From positions 1-26,351 of the forward strand of contig JBBIUL010000001.1 of NCBI GenBank assembly GCA_037440265.1: 26,351 bases of DNA, in the 5' to 3' direction. The position numbers and the translations under genes were made by a program. This document shows positions 1 to 8,416 of this stretch, piece after piece (the first letter of the stretch is position 1; each line of letters begins with the position of its first letter). A model generated the notes under the pieces. It ran no database searches. It was not told where the DNA came from and was given only the letters and a program-made list of their open reading frames with translations. Source of the DNA: Nitrospira sp. (lineage in GTDB: Bacteria; Nitrospirota; Thermodesulfovibrionia; Thermodesulfovibrionales; UBA6898).

Positions 1-3000
1 ATACAGGTGAAACAGGAAGGATGGCCTGACATAACCGGCGATGCTGATGCAAACCTTACCGTACATGAAGGCACTATTACAGTAAACAAGCTGGTTTTGA
101 AATCGCTGGGGTCTGAATTATCAGGCAAAGGAGAATATAAAGACGGCAGTGCTGATTTCAAAACAGATCTCCGGCTTCTGCTGATGTCGGCAAAGCAGAT
201 GTTCGGCCTTGCTAACAGCGGTGAAGGGAAGATACAGGCAAGCGGAGGAGTAACATACCGTGATAAAACCGTATCCGTTGATCTTGATCTGAACGGCGGG
301 CTTTACCTGCAGACATTGATGGAGCTTCTGAAAGTGAAAGAGAAACTCGAAGGGTTTGTTGAAGTGAAGGGGAAGCTGCAGGGCCCGCTCCACGATCTCA
401 AAGGGAAGGCTGTCGCATCCTTGCAGAGCGGAAATCTCTTTAATGTCGCTGTTGACCGGCTGAACTGCAGAATTTCCTATGAAAACGGCAGAATGGACTT
501 TATGGACGGCGAGGGAAGACTTTACAACGGGTCTGCCAGGGCGTCTGCATCTATCACTCTCCCGGTAGTCGACCATTTCAACCTCGATATAACCGTATCG
601 GATGTTGACAGCGCACCGGTGTTCCACCTGATACAATGGGATCCGGGCATAGCACACGGCAAGGTTAACGGGAGTGTTTCAAGCTCGGGGGAGCATTTCA
701 ACCCTCGCGGCTGGTTTGCCTACACCAGCAGGAAAAAAGGGGACGATATTCTTGGAAGGGTCAGCGACATTACAGGGAAATATTCGATGCACGGGTCCCG
801 ACTTGAGCTTGCAGACCTGAAGCTTTCAACAGCGGTATCTTTTCTCAGTGCTGATGGCAACGTGGACATCGACAAAAAGGCATTGAACCTTAACGCTTCC
901 ATGAAGACTTCGGACATTACCGACCTTTCTTCGCCCTACTATATAAAGCTGAGGGGCTCTGCCGAATATGCCGGAAGGGTAGAAGGTTCATTTGATGATC
1001 CTGTTTTGAAGGGCAGGATCAGTATTGCCGATCCGGTGGTTGAAGAGTATGCTGCAGACCTGATTGACGCTTCGTTTCTCTACAGAAAAGAGAGCCTGAA
1101 CGTCACTGAGATGATTGTGAAGGATAAGAATGATGTGCACAGGCTCTCCGGTTCGATTCATTTCAAAAATGCGAATCATCTTTTTGACATTGCCTTGCCA
1201 GAGTATCGGCTGCAGGCCTCACTGAAAAACGCTGATCTCGGACGGTTTGTAAAAATATTCTACAAGGATTTTGAAGGCACCGGCCGCCTTACCGCCCAGC
1301 TCAGACTCAGCGGGACAGCAGAGACCCCGCTCATTACTGCGGAAGCTGCTGTTGACCAGGCTGAATTCTATAACGTCCCAATCGATGCCGCTGCTTTCAG
1401 GTTCGGGTTATCCGGCAGGAAAATGACCTTCTCGGACATGAAGATCAGGCGAGGCACAACAGTGATACATGTCGATTCGTCTCTCGATACGGACGGGAGG
1501 TTTGCGTACCGGGCATCTTCCGACAAGGTAGTGCTGAGTGATATCATCCAGAGACCGCTGAAGGGTGATATTATCTTCAGCGCTAAATCAAGGGGTGAGG
1601 GGACCTTTGATGATCCCCAAATTCAGCTGGATGCAAAAATCATCAACTGGCTGTTCCGCGGAAAGAACATAGGCACCGGGACGTTGACCGGCACGGTCAA
1701 AAACAGGGATTTTGCAGTGAAAGCAGGTCTGATGAACCAGAGAATAAAAGTGGAAGCAAAGGGAAAGCTCCTGAAAGATATCCCCTGGGAAGCAAAAATC
1801 GACATCGAGTCCGGAAGGTATGATGCAATACTCGCCACGGTTCTGAAAGACGTCCCTGAAGATTTGATCCTGAGCCTGAATGGTACGGCAGCGCTGAAAG
1901 GCGACAGGAACCATATCGAGGGCAGTTCTGTTATCAGGCATCTTGTTCTCTCGATGTACGGATACAGTTTTTCCAATGAGAACGAAATCAGGCTCGACCT
2001 GAAAGACCGGGTGCTTGACCTCAACAGCATCTCGATGAGAAGCGGAAACACCTTGCTGAGCATCAACGGCTCGCTTGAAATAGGCAGGCAGTATGATCTT
2101 ACCCTGGAAGGAAATTCTGCGCTTTCGCCGTTCAAGAGCCTGTCTGCCAGGATCGGCCACCTCAGGGGAGATGCCGAGTTTGTGCTTTCAATTGCCGGCG
2201 ACTGGGAATCACCTCGCCTGAACGGAGGGCTGACGCTCACCAACGGGTCCTTCGGACTGAAGGACTACTATTACCGCATCAGCGCTGTAAACGGCTACAT
2301 GTATATCGACAATGACAGGATAGTGCTCGAAAAACTGAACGGAAAGATCGGCGGCGGGGATGTTGATATCAACGGGATATTATATCTGAAAAAATTTTCG
2401 TTCAAACGGTTCTATCTTGAATCACGCCTGAAAGACATCAACGCCTCGATATCAGACGATTTCGACGTCAACTTCGGGGGAAATATTCTCTATAAGGGCA
2501 CCCTTGACGCGCAGACTGTTTCCGGAGACATCATCATCAACCGGGCAAGATACCGGGAACGGGTGGAATGGAAGAGCTGGCTGTTGAAGGCAAAGAAAAC
2601 TGAGACCCACAGGGCTGAAATATCGCGTTTTGAAAAGGCCGGGCTGAACATAAGCATAACCGGAAGGAACAACATTCATATTGACAACAATGTCGCAAGG
2701 GCGACGGTCACTGCAGATATGGTGCTGCGGGGGACTATTTACCGCCCGATACTCTTCGGAAGGCTTGAGACAAAGGAAGGAAAGGTGTTTTTCAGGAACA
2801 ATGAGTTCAGGATTATACAGGCAAGCGCTGATTTTTCCGATCCCCACCGGATCAATCCTTTTATGGAGATTGCATCAGAGACACTTATCAAGGGATACAA
2901 GATTAAGATGAACCTTGAAGGCCAGGCAGAATCGTTCAGTCTGGCTCTTTCATCCGATCCGCCGCTCAAGGAGATGGATATCCTCGCGCTGTTGACGGTC

Positions 3001-3366
3001 GGCCAGACAGGAGGGGAACTGAAGGGGCTTGAAGGCGGCATCGGGGCAGGAGAGGCAACATCCTTTGTGACCGGCAAGCTGCAGGATGTTCTGGAAGAGC
3101 GCCTGACGTCGATTACCGGTCTTGACCGGCTGCAGATTGACCCGTATGTGTCAAAGACGACCGGCGCCGTTGAACCACGGGTGACGGTATCAAAAAGGCT
3201 GTTAGGCGACAAGATGTTTGTAACCTATACAGCTTCTGTCGGTTCTGTTGAGGAACAGATAATCAAGCTGGAGTATTTCCTGAACAAGCGGGTCTCTTTC
3301 GTCGGTGTCAGGGATGAACGAGGCATACTCGGAGGAGATGTGCGCTTCAGGTTTGAATTCAAATGA
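1..3366 (+). CDS. tamB: TamB / translocation-assembly module protein (AsmA-like, DUF490 C-terminus), 5'-truncated
   Basis: Frame is open from base 1 (ATA CAG GTG AAA...), so the real start lies outside the window. Long Gly/beta-strand-rich taco-like repeats, DUF490-type C-terminus (DMVLRGT...LFGRLE...SSDPPLKEMDILALL...GLDRLQIDP) ending in amphipathic strands (LGGDVRFRFEFK). The stop overlaps the Omp85 start (ATGA at 3363-3366). Confidence 0.9.
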   Translation: MQVKQEGWPDITGDADANLTVHEGTITVNKLVLKSLGSELSGKGEYKDGSADFKTDLRLLLMSAKQMFGLANSGEGKIQASGGVTYRDKTVSVDLDLNGGLYLQTLMELLKVKEKLEGFVEVKGKLQGPLHDLKGKAVASLQSGNLFNVAVDRLNCRISYENGRMDFMDGEGRLYNGSARASASITLPVVDHFNLDITVSDVDSAPVFHLIQWDPGIAHGKVNGSVSSSGEHFNPRGWFAYTSRKKGDDILGRVSDITGKYSMHGSRLELADLKLSTAVSFLSADGNVDIDKKALNLNASMKTSDITDLSSPYYIKLRGSAEYAGRVEGSFDDPVLKGRISIADPVVEEYAADLIDASFLYRKESLNVTEMIVKDKNDVHRLSGSIHFKNANHLFDIALPEYRLQASLKNADLGRFVKIFYKDFEGTGRLTAQLRLSGTAETPLITAEAAVDQAEFYNVPIDAAAFRFGLSGRKMTFSDMKIRRGTTVIHVDSSLDTDGRFAYRASSDKVVLSDIIQRPLKGDIIFSAKSRGEGTFDDPQIQLDAKIINWLFRGKNIGTGTLTGTVKNRDFAVKAGLMNQRIKVEAKGKLLKDIPWEAKIDIESGRYDAILATVLKDVPEDLILSLNGTAALKGDRNHIEGSSVIRHLVLSMYGYSFSNENEIRLDLKDRVLDLNSISMRSGNTLLSINGSLEIGRQYDLTLEGNSALSPFKSLSARIGHLRGDAEFVLSIAGDWESPRLNGGLTLTNGSFGLKDYYYRISAVNGYMYIDNDRIVLEKLNGKIGGGDVDINGILYLKKFSFKRFYLESRLKDINASISDDFDVNFGGNILYKGTLDAQTVSGDIIINRARYRERVEWKSWLLKAKKTETHRAEISRFEKAGLNISITGRNNIHIDNNVARATVTADMVLRGTIYRPILFGRLETKEGKVFFRNNEFRIIQASADFSDPHRINPFMEIASETLIKGYKIKMNLEGQAESFSLALSSDPPLKEMDILALLTVGQTGGELKGLEGGIGAGEATSFVTGKLQDVLEERLTSITGLDRLQIDPYVSKTTGAVEPRVTVSKRLLGDKMFVTYTASVGSVEEQIIKLEYFLNKRVSFVGVRDERGILGGDVRFRFEFK

Positions 3367-6131
3367 ACATGCAATGCAAGAGAGAAAATACATCTGTACT
3401 CCATGGAAAGAATGCTTTCCCGGAATTGCAGATCTCCCTGTTACAGCATGAAACGGCACCCCTTGCAGTGATTTCGTTCATTCTGGCTGTTTTTCTCATC
3501 CTTGCAGCAACTGCTGCCCCGTGTAATGCTGCAGTTGTCAGCAGCATTGAGGTGAAGGGTCTCCATTCCATTGATGAAGACGAATTCCTCAGTATATTTG
3601 GTGTAAAAGCCGGGGACACAATAGACGGTGAGAAGGTCAGGGCCGGGATAAAAAGGGCATTCCTGAAGAATATTTTTGACGATATATCGGTGCATGTCCC
3701 TGACGGCGAATCGCCGCAGGTAATTATCACAGTCAGGGAGAAGGACTATATAGACAAGATCCAGATAAGCGGTTCGTATGAGGTGTCCCGAAAAACGCTT
3801 GAAAGGCTTTTTCTCTTTAAGGAAGATACGGTCATGAGGTATGACCTCATCGGGAAAGCAAAGTCCGATCTCGGGAATGCGCTCATACAGCACGGATTCC
3901 CGGACTCTGAAATAAATATTAAGACTGAGCCTTCGAAAGCCCCCTACCGGATAACCCTGCACCTTGAAGTACATACCGGAAAACCGCTGGTGGTAAGGAA
4001 GATCGTCATCTCCGGAGCAGAACAGGATATCAAGGGCGAAATGAAGCTCTCGGAGGGCGACATTTATGATCAGACCCTTCTTTCGAAAGACCTCAAACGC
4101 ATAAAGGATTTTTATAAGGAGAACCGTCATTACAATCCGGTTGTCGGGCCGTATACATTCAAAGACGGCGAACTTACTGTCCAGGTAATGCCCGGGAAGC
4201 GGCTCAATCTTGCGGTCAACGGAAATAACGCGCTGTCGGGAAAGACGCTGCTGAAGGAGGGGTCCTTTTTTGAACTTGATGAGTTCAGTGATGACCTCGT
4301 CGGCGAGACAATAGAAAGGATGCTGTCTGCTTATCATGAAAAAGGATATGCGTCCGCCCAGATTGCACCGGTGCTGGAAGAACGCGATGAAGAGATTACA
4401 GTAACATTCTTTGTCTTCGAAGGTGAAAAAATAAAGGTCAAAACGGTCCGGTACGAAGGAGTAAAACTTCCGGTAAAGACGCTTGAAGAGATTATGCTCT
4501 CCAAGGCAGGGGGGATCTATAACCCTGCTCATCTTGAAAAGGACAGGGAGACAATCAGGGAATTTTACGTTGCTCTCGGCTACCTTGAAGTTGGGGTTGA
4601 TGCGATCGAGGTGAAGATTGACGAAGCAGCATCTGCAGCCGAACTGACGGTGACCGTTCATGAGGGTGAACGGACGCTGATTTCTTCTGTCGATATTACC
4701 GGTACCACCCCTGAGATCAAGAAAGACCTGCAGTCCCTCTTGGGGATCAAACCGGGGGACCCGTACAATGAGGTTGATATTTCCGATGCACGGTTCAGGA
4801 TGCTCGATTATTACAACAACAAGGGATATCCTTATATTGATGTAACCGTATCCCGCACACTTGAAGACAGAAATGCCACTGTTGTCTTCAATATTGAGGA
4901 AGGAAGGCGGAGCAATTTCGGCAAAACGATTATCGTCGGCAACAAAAAAACCAGACATGAGGTAATAACGAGGGAGCTGGTGCACCGGGAAGGCGACCCG
5001 TACAGTTTTCGCGTACTGGCAACCGAACGCCATAAGTTATACAAGCTTGGACTGTTTACCGATGTGGATATTGAGCCCCTTGACACGGGCAATGATGATA
5101 AGGATGTCCTCATAAAAGTCAGGGAGGCAAACGCAGGTTCGCTGGAGTTCGGATTCGGCTATGCCGAGTATGAGCATTTCAGGGGATTTGCAGAACTCAG
5201 CTACAGGAATTTCTGGGGCATGAACCGGCAGGGGGTCCTCAAGGTGGAGATGAGTTCACTTGATAAAAGATATGTTTTGCAATATCATGAACCCTGGTTT
5301 TTGGGCAGACCGCTCCCTTTCAGGGCGTTCTTTATGTTTGAGGACAAGAAAGAAGTCAACGTTGACAGCAGGGAGACCAGGTACCGGCTTGAGAGGTATA
5401 CGGCAACAGCCGGCATTGAGAAAAAAATAAGCGAAAATATCAGGGCAGAGCTGTATTATGAGTTTTCACTCATCAGGACATTTGACGTTCTTCCTGATGT
5501 GGTGTTGAGCCGGGAAGACCTGGGAACGCTGGCAATCAGCAGTATCAGGACATCGCTGGTTTATGACACAAGGGACAACCCCTTTGAGCCGAGAAAGGGG
5601 ATACTCGCCGGCATTACTCTGAAGATCGCATCCCCTTTCCTGTTTTCTGAAGCTGATTTCAAAAAGCTGACGATCTACGGCAGCACCTTTCACCGGCTGA
5701 CCAGGCGGGTAATACTGGCACTTTCGCTTAGGGGCGGTGTGGCATATGGTGCGAGCAAGGATGAAGAACTGCCGATTGTGGAAAGGTTTTTCCTTGGCGG
5801 CAGGTCTTCTGTGAGGGGATATGAACAGGATACCCTTGGTCCGAAGGGCGCAGACGGGAATCCCACGGGAGGGAATGCCTATCTTGCCGGGAACGTGGAG
5901 TTCAGAACATCCCTGCCAAAGGGTTTCGGGGTGGTAGCCTTTCTTGATGCCGGGAATGTTTGGGTGACTGCATCAGATATAAAAAATCCAGGGATCAGGT
6001 ATACAGCCGGTCTTGGTCTGAGATATGTTACTCCGGTCGGACCGCTCAGGGTCGACTACGGGCATAAACTGAACAAGGAACGAGGTGAGAGTCAGGGTGA
6101 AGTGCATTTCAGCATCGGACATGCCTTTTGA
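3363..6131 (+). CDS. bamA: Omp85-family outer-membrane protein assembly factor (BamA/TamA type) with about 7 POTRA repeats
   Basis: Signal-peptide-like hydrophobic stretch (LAVISFILAVFLILAATAAPCNA), repeated POTRA units, last POTRA 'GKTIIVGNKKTRHEVITREL', barrel motifs 'YDTRDNPFEPRKG' and 'RFFLGGRSSVRGY', C-terminal 'FSIGHAF'. The true start could be downstream of 3363. Confidence 0.9.
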   Translation: MNMQCKRENTSVLHGKNAFPELQISLLQHETAPLAVISFILAVFLILAATAAPCNAAVVSSIEVKGLHSIDEDEFLSIFGVKAGDTIDGEKVRAGIKRAFLKNIFDDISVHVPDGESPQVIITVREKDYIDKIQISGSYEVSRKTLERLFLFKEDTVMRYDLIGKAKSDLGNALIQHGFPDSEINIKTEPSKAPYRITLHLEVHTGKPLVVRKIVISGAEQDIKGEMKLSEGDIYDQTLLSKDLKRIKDFYKENRHYNPVVGPYTFKDGELTVQVMPGKRLNLAVNGNNALSGKTLLKEGSFFELDEFSDDLVGETIERMLSAYHEKGYASAQIAPVLEERDEEITVTFFVFEGEKIKVKTVRYEGVKLPVKTLEEIMLSKAGGIYNPAHLEKDRETIREFYVALGYLEVGVDAIEVKIDEAASAAELTVTVHEGERTLISSVDITGTTPEIKKDLQSLLGIKPGDPYNEVDISDARFRMLDYYNNKGYPYIDVTVSRTLEDRNATVVFNIEEGRRSNFGKTIIVGNKKTRHEVITRELVHREGDPYSFRVLATERHKLYKLGLFTDVDIEPLDTGNDDKDVLIKVREANAGSLEFGFGYAEYEHFRGFAELSYRNFWGMNRQGVLKVEMSSLDKRYVLQYHEPWFLGRPLPFRAFFMFEDKKEVNVDSRETRYRLERYTATAGIEKKISENIRAELYYEFSLIRTFDVLPDVVLSREDLGTLAISSIRTSLVYDTRDNPFEPRKGILAGITLKIASPFLFSEADFKKLTIYGSTFHRLTRRVILALSLRGGVAYGASKDEELPIVERFFLGGRSSVRGYEQDTLGPKGADGNPTGGNAYLAGNVEFRTSLPKGFGVVAFLDAGNVWVTASDIKNPGIRYTAGLGLRYVTPVGPLRVDYGHKLNKERGESQGEVHFSIGHAF

Positions 6132-6678
6132 AAACAGCGATGATTTGCTGAAAAGGCGTAACCAAAAGAGCAAAAACCTCACATGTGCGATTTGTTATTT
6201 TTTGCTTCTTGTTTATTGCCTGGTGTTCGGTGCTCGTTCAAGTTATGCAGAGATCATCGACAGGGTTGTTGCATTTGTTGACGACCAGGCGATCACCCTG
6301 AGTGAACTGAGAGAAGAGCAAGAGGATGTTGTAAAGGTGGCACCAGGCATCACCGAGGAGGAAGTGCTTAACACCATAGTAAACAAAAGACTTCTGCTGA
6401 GAGACGCCAAAAGATACAGAATCGAGGCCCCGACAGAAGAGGAGATTCTGCGGGACTACATCGACCTGAAGGTGAGGGCTTTCATAAGGATCAGCGAGGG
6501 ACAGGCAGAGGAGTTCTACCAGCAGAACGCTGATGGATTTTCCGGGAAACCGTATGATGATGTCCGTGACGAAATTGAGGAATATCTGACTGAGAAGGAA
6601 GTGAACCTGAGGCTGAAGGAGTTGGTGAAGGAACTCAGGGAGAAGGCATACGTAAAGATTCAGTTAAAGGCAGAATAA
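6121..6678 (+). CDS. SurA N-terminal-domain chaperone lacking a parvulin PPIase domain
   Basis: Signal peptide then 'AEIIDRVVAFVDDQAITLSEL', typical of the SurA N-domain, and a C-terminal helix 'LKELVKELREKAYVKI'. No parvulin motifs. ATG 6121 (overlapping the bamA end) is preferred to the GTG at 6085; the exact start is uncertain. Confidence 0.75.
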   Translation: MPFENSDDLLKRRNQKSKNLTCAICYFLLLVYCLVFGARSSYAEIIDRVVAFVDDQAITLSELREEQEDVVKVAPGITEEEVLNTIVNKRLLLRDAKRYRIEAPTEEEILRDYIDLKVRAFIRISEGQAEEFYQQNADGFSGKPYDDVRDEIEEYLTEKEVNLRLKELVKELREKAYVKIQLKAE

Positions 6679-6707
6679 TTCTATCGATTATTGACCCTCT
6701 GTCCTGC

Positions 6708-7379
6708 CTACGTCCTTTTTCTGATGAATTCCTCTATTGCGGCCTGTGTTTTGCTGTCTGCATTTGCAAATGAAATGCCGTACTGAAAGAGCCCCTCATC
6801 GCTTTTGGCAGTTCTGACAACCTTTCCGGTCACCGTCATCTGGCCCGAACCCGGCAGAAAGAACGAGCAGGAGATCAGGCTGTTTACCTTCAGCGGCTTG
6901 TCCGATTCAAGGAGCAACCCGGAAGTGCTGATATCAAGAGATTTACAGAAGAACTGGTCCTTCACGTGCATTCCTTCGACAGATAACTTAAGGAGAACCC
7001 TGACGGACTTCCTTGTCGGTATGTCAAGGAGTCTGCTGATCTTTTCAAGAAAGAGGTCCGATTTTACCGGTCTGGTTATATACGCATTGGCCTTGCAGTC
7101 CTGACATCTTTGTATCTCTGTCCTGCTATTGTTGCAAACCATGAGAACTGATACTTTTTTCAGCGAATCATTTTTTCTTACGATAGAACAGAGCTCATCT
7201 CCCGGGGTTCCCGGTATGTCAAGGTCAATAACCATGAGGTCAACGGGATGGTTCCTGTGAAGGTCAAGGGCCTCCTTGGTGTTCATCGCCGTGAATATCT
7301 GTATGTCTGCCCTGTTGAGGGTGCCTGTCTGCCTTGCAGCGCTATGGACTGATTCAGCAACAATAAGGATTTTTTTCAT
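6708..7379 (-). CDS. Response-regulator receiver + PilZ domain protein (atypical receiver)
   Basis: N-terminal REC fold (KILIVAE..., DLMVIDLDIPG, AYITRPV). C-terminal PilZ with RxxxR (RKSVR) and DxSxxG (DISTSG) c-di-GMP-binding motifs. Confidence 0.85.
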   Translation of the reverse strand: MKKILIVAESVHSAARQTGTLNRADIQIFTAMNTKEALDLHRNHPVDLMVIDLDIPGTPGDELCSIVRKNDSLKKVSVLMVCNNSRTEIQRCQDCKANAYITRPVKSDLFLEKISRLLDIPTRKSVRVLLKLSVEGMHVKDQFFCKSLDISTSGLLLESDKPLKVNSLISCSFFLPGSGQMTVTGKVVRTAKSDEGLFQYGISFANADSKTQAAIEEFIRKRT

Positions 7380-7386
7380 CCTGTTA

Positions 7387-7416
7387 TTTATAAGGCGGGG
7401 CCAAATGTTTTGTCAA
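7387..7416 (-). promoter_or_regulatory. Sigma70-type promoter of the REC-PilZ gene (TTGACA-N18-TATAAA)
   Basis: On the minus strand, TTGACA at 7416-7411 and TATAAA at 7392-7387 with an 18-nt spacer, 7 nt before the ATG at 7379. Confidence 0.6.
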
Positions 7417-7550
7417 GTTGGCGAACAGCAGAACAATTGTATGACAAAAGCTTGCTTCAGATTATTCAGCAAAACAGGCCGAACATATTTTGTATTTTTT
7501 CAGTGTGATTCCATAATAATAAATCAGTGAGTTTCAGGGCTGGCTTCGGG

Positions 7551-7556
7551 TATAAT
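7551..7556 (+). promoter_or_regulatory. Consensus -10 element (TATAAT) of hypC
   Basis: Perfect TATAAT 5 nt before the hypC ATG, no Shine-Dalgarno, only a weak -35 (GTGAGT at 7527-7532). Confidence 0.45.
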
Positions 7557-7561
7557 AAACC

Positions 7562-7810
7562 ATGTGTCTGGCAATACCTTCGAAAATTATCAGCATAGAA
7601 AACCTGATGGCAACGGTAGACGTCTACGGTGCACGCAGGGATGTGAGCCTCCTGCTTATGCCGGATGAGGTTGGCATAGGAGACTATGTCCTTGTGCATG
7701 CCGGATTTGCAATACAGAGGGTCGAGGAGGATATTGCCCATGAATCTCTGAGGCTGATAAAGCAGGTGCTTGATGAGACCGAAGATTCCTATCAGTCAGA
7801 CCCGGATTGA
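7562..7810 (+). CDS. hypC: HypC/HybG/HupF [NiFe]-hydrogenase maturation chaperone
   Basis: Diagnostic N-terminus MCLAIP (Cys2) and 'GDYVLVHAGFAI' with the conserved His; 82 aa. Confidence 0.95.
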   Translation: MCLAIPSKIISIENLMATVDVYGARRDVSLLLMPDEVGIGDYVLVHAGFAIQRVEEDIAHESLRLIKQVLDETEDSYQSDPD

Positions 7811-7863
7811 ACTGCCGTATCTTTGCAAATAACGTATGAAATGACAACGATTGGAGTGACCAT

Positions 7864-8412
7864 TTGATTAAGAACGACCGGTGGATAAGGGAGATGGCGA
7901 GGAAGGGAATGATAGAGCCGTTTCATGATGATCAGGTCAGAAAAGGGGTAATCTCATACGGGGTCAGCTCCTACGGGTACGATATCAGGGTGTCTGACAC
8001 GTTTAAGATCCCGCGTTACGGCGAAGGCATGATAATTGATCCCAAGAACTTTGACGAACGAAATTTTACCGACTTTAAGGGTGGAATATGCGAAATCCCT
8101 GCCAACTCCTACGTCATCTGCCATTCTGTTGAATACCTGAGGATCCCCAGAGATGTGCTTGTGATCTGTTTTGGAAAATCTACCTATGCGCGGAGCGGGG
8201 TAATTGTGAATATCACCCCTCTTGAACCTGAGTGGGAGGGTTCGATTACCATATCTGTTTCTAACACTTCACCCTTCCCCGCAAGGATATATGCCAACGA
8301 AGGGATCGCGCAGATTGTTTTTCTTGGGGCAACTGAGATGTGTGAAACGTCCTATGCCGACAAGAAAGGCAAGTACCAGGCCCAGAAAGGTATCGGCCTC
8401 CCGAAAATATAA
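7864..8412 (+). CDS. dcd: dCTP deaminase homolog (catalytic Glu position occupied by Ser)
   Basis: '[14 protein letters not shown]', 'DPKNFD', 'GKSTYARSG', 'TPLEPEWEG', 'IYANEGIAQ' and '[15 protein letters not shown]' match the short proteobacterial-type Dcd. TTG start with GGAG 7 nt upstream. Activity is doubtful (see findings). Confidence 0.85.
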   Translation: MIKNDRWIREMARKGMIEPFHDDQVRKGVISYGVSSYGYDIRVSDTFKIPRYGEGMIIDPKNFDERNFTDFKGGICEIPANSYVICHSVEYLRIPRDVLVICFGKSTYARSGVIVNITPLEPEWEGSITISVSNTSPFPARIYANEGIAQIVFLGATEMCETSYADKKGKYQAQKGIGLPKI

Positions 8413-8416
8413 CCTG

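Noticed and set aside
3441-5033. 530-aa antisense ORF inside the Omp85 gene
   Set aside because: It is in exact codon register with the sense gene (offset 78 nt, a multiple of 3), so it stays open wherever TTA/CTA/TCA codons are avoided. No recognisable motifs.
6166-6210. Imperfect inverted repeat (AGCAAAAA / TTTTTGCT) just after the Omp85 stop, as a terminator or REP-like element
   Set aside because: A/T-rich stem with a long loop, single copy in the window, and inside the SurA signal-peptide coding region; could be chance.
8222-8416. 65-aa N-terminal extension of PyrF, or a dcd-pyrF frameshift fusion
   Set aside because: It overlaps the conserved dcd C-terminus in another frame. PyrF homology starts at MKEKLILALD (8417) and no slippery site was seen.
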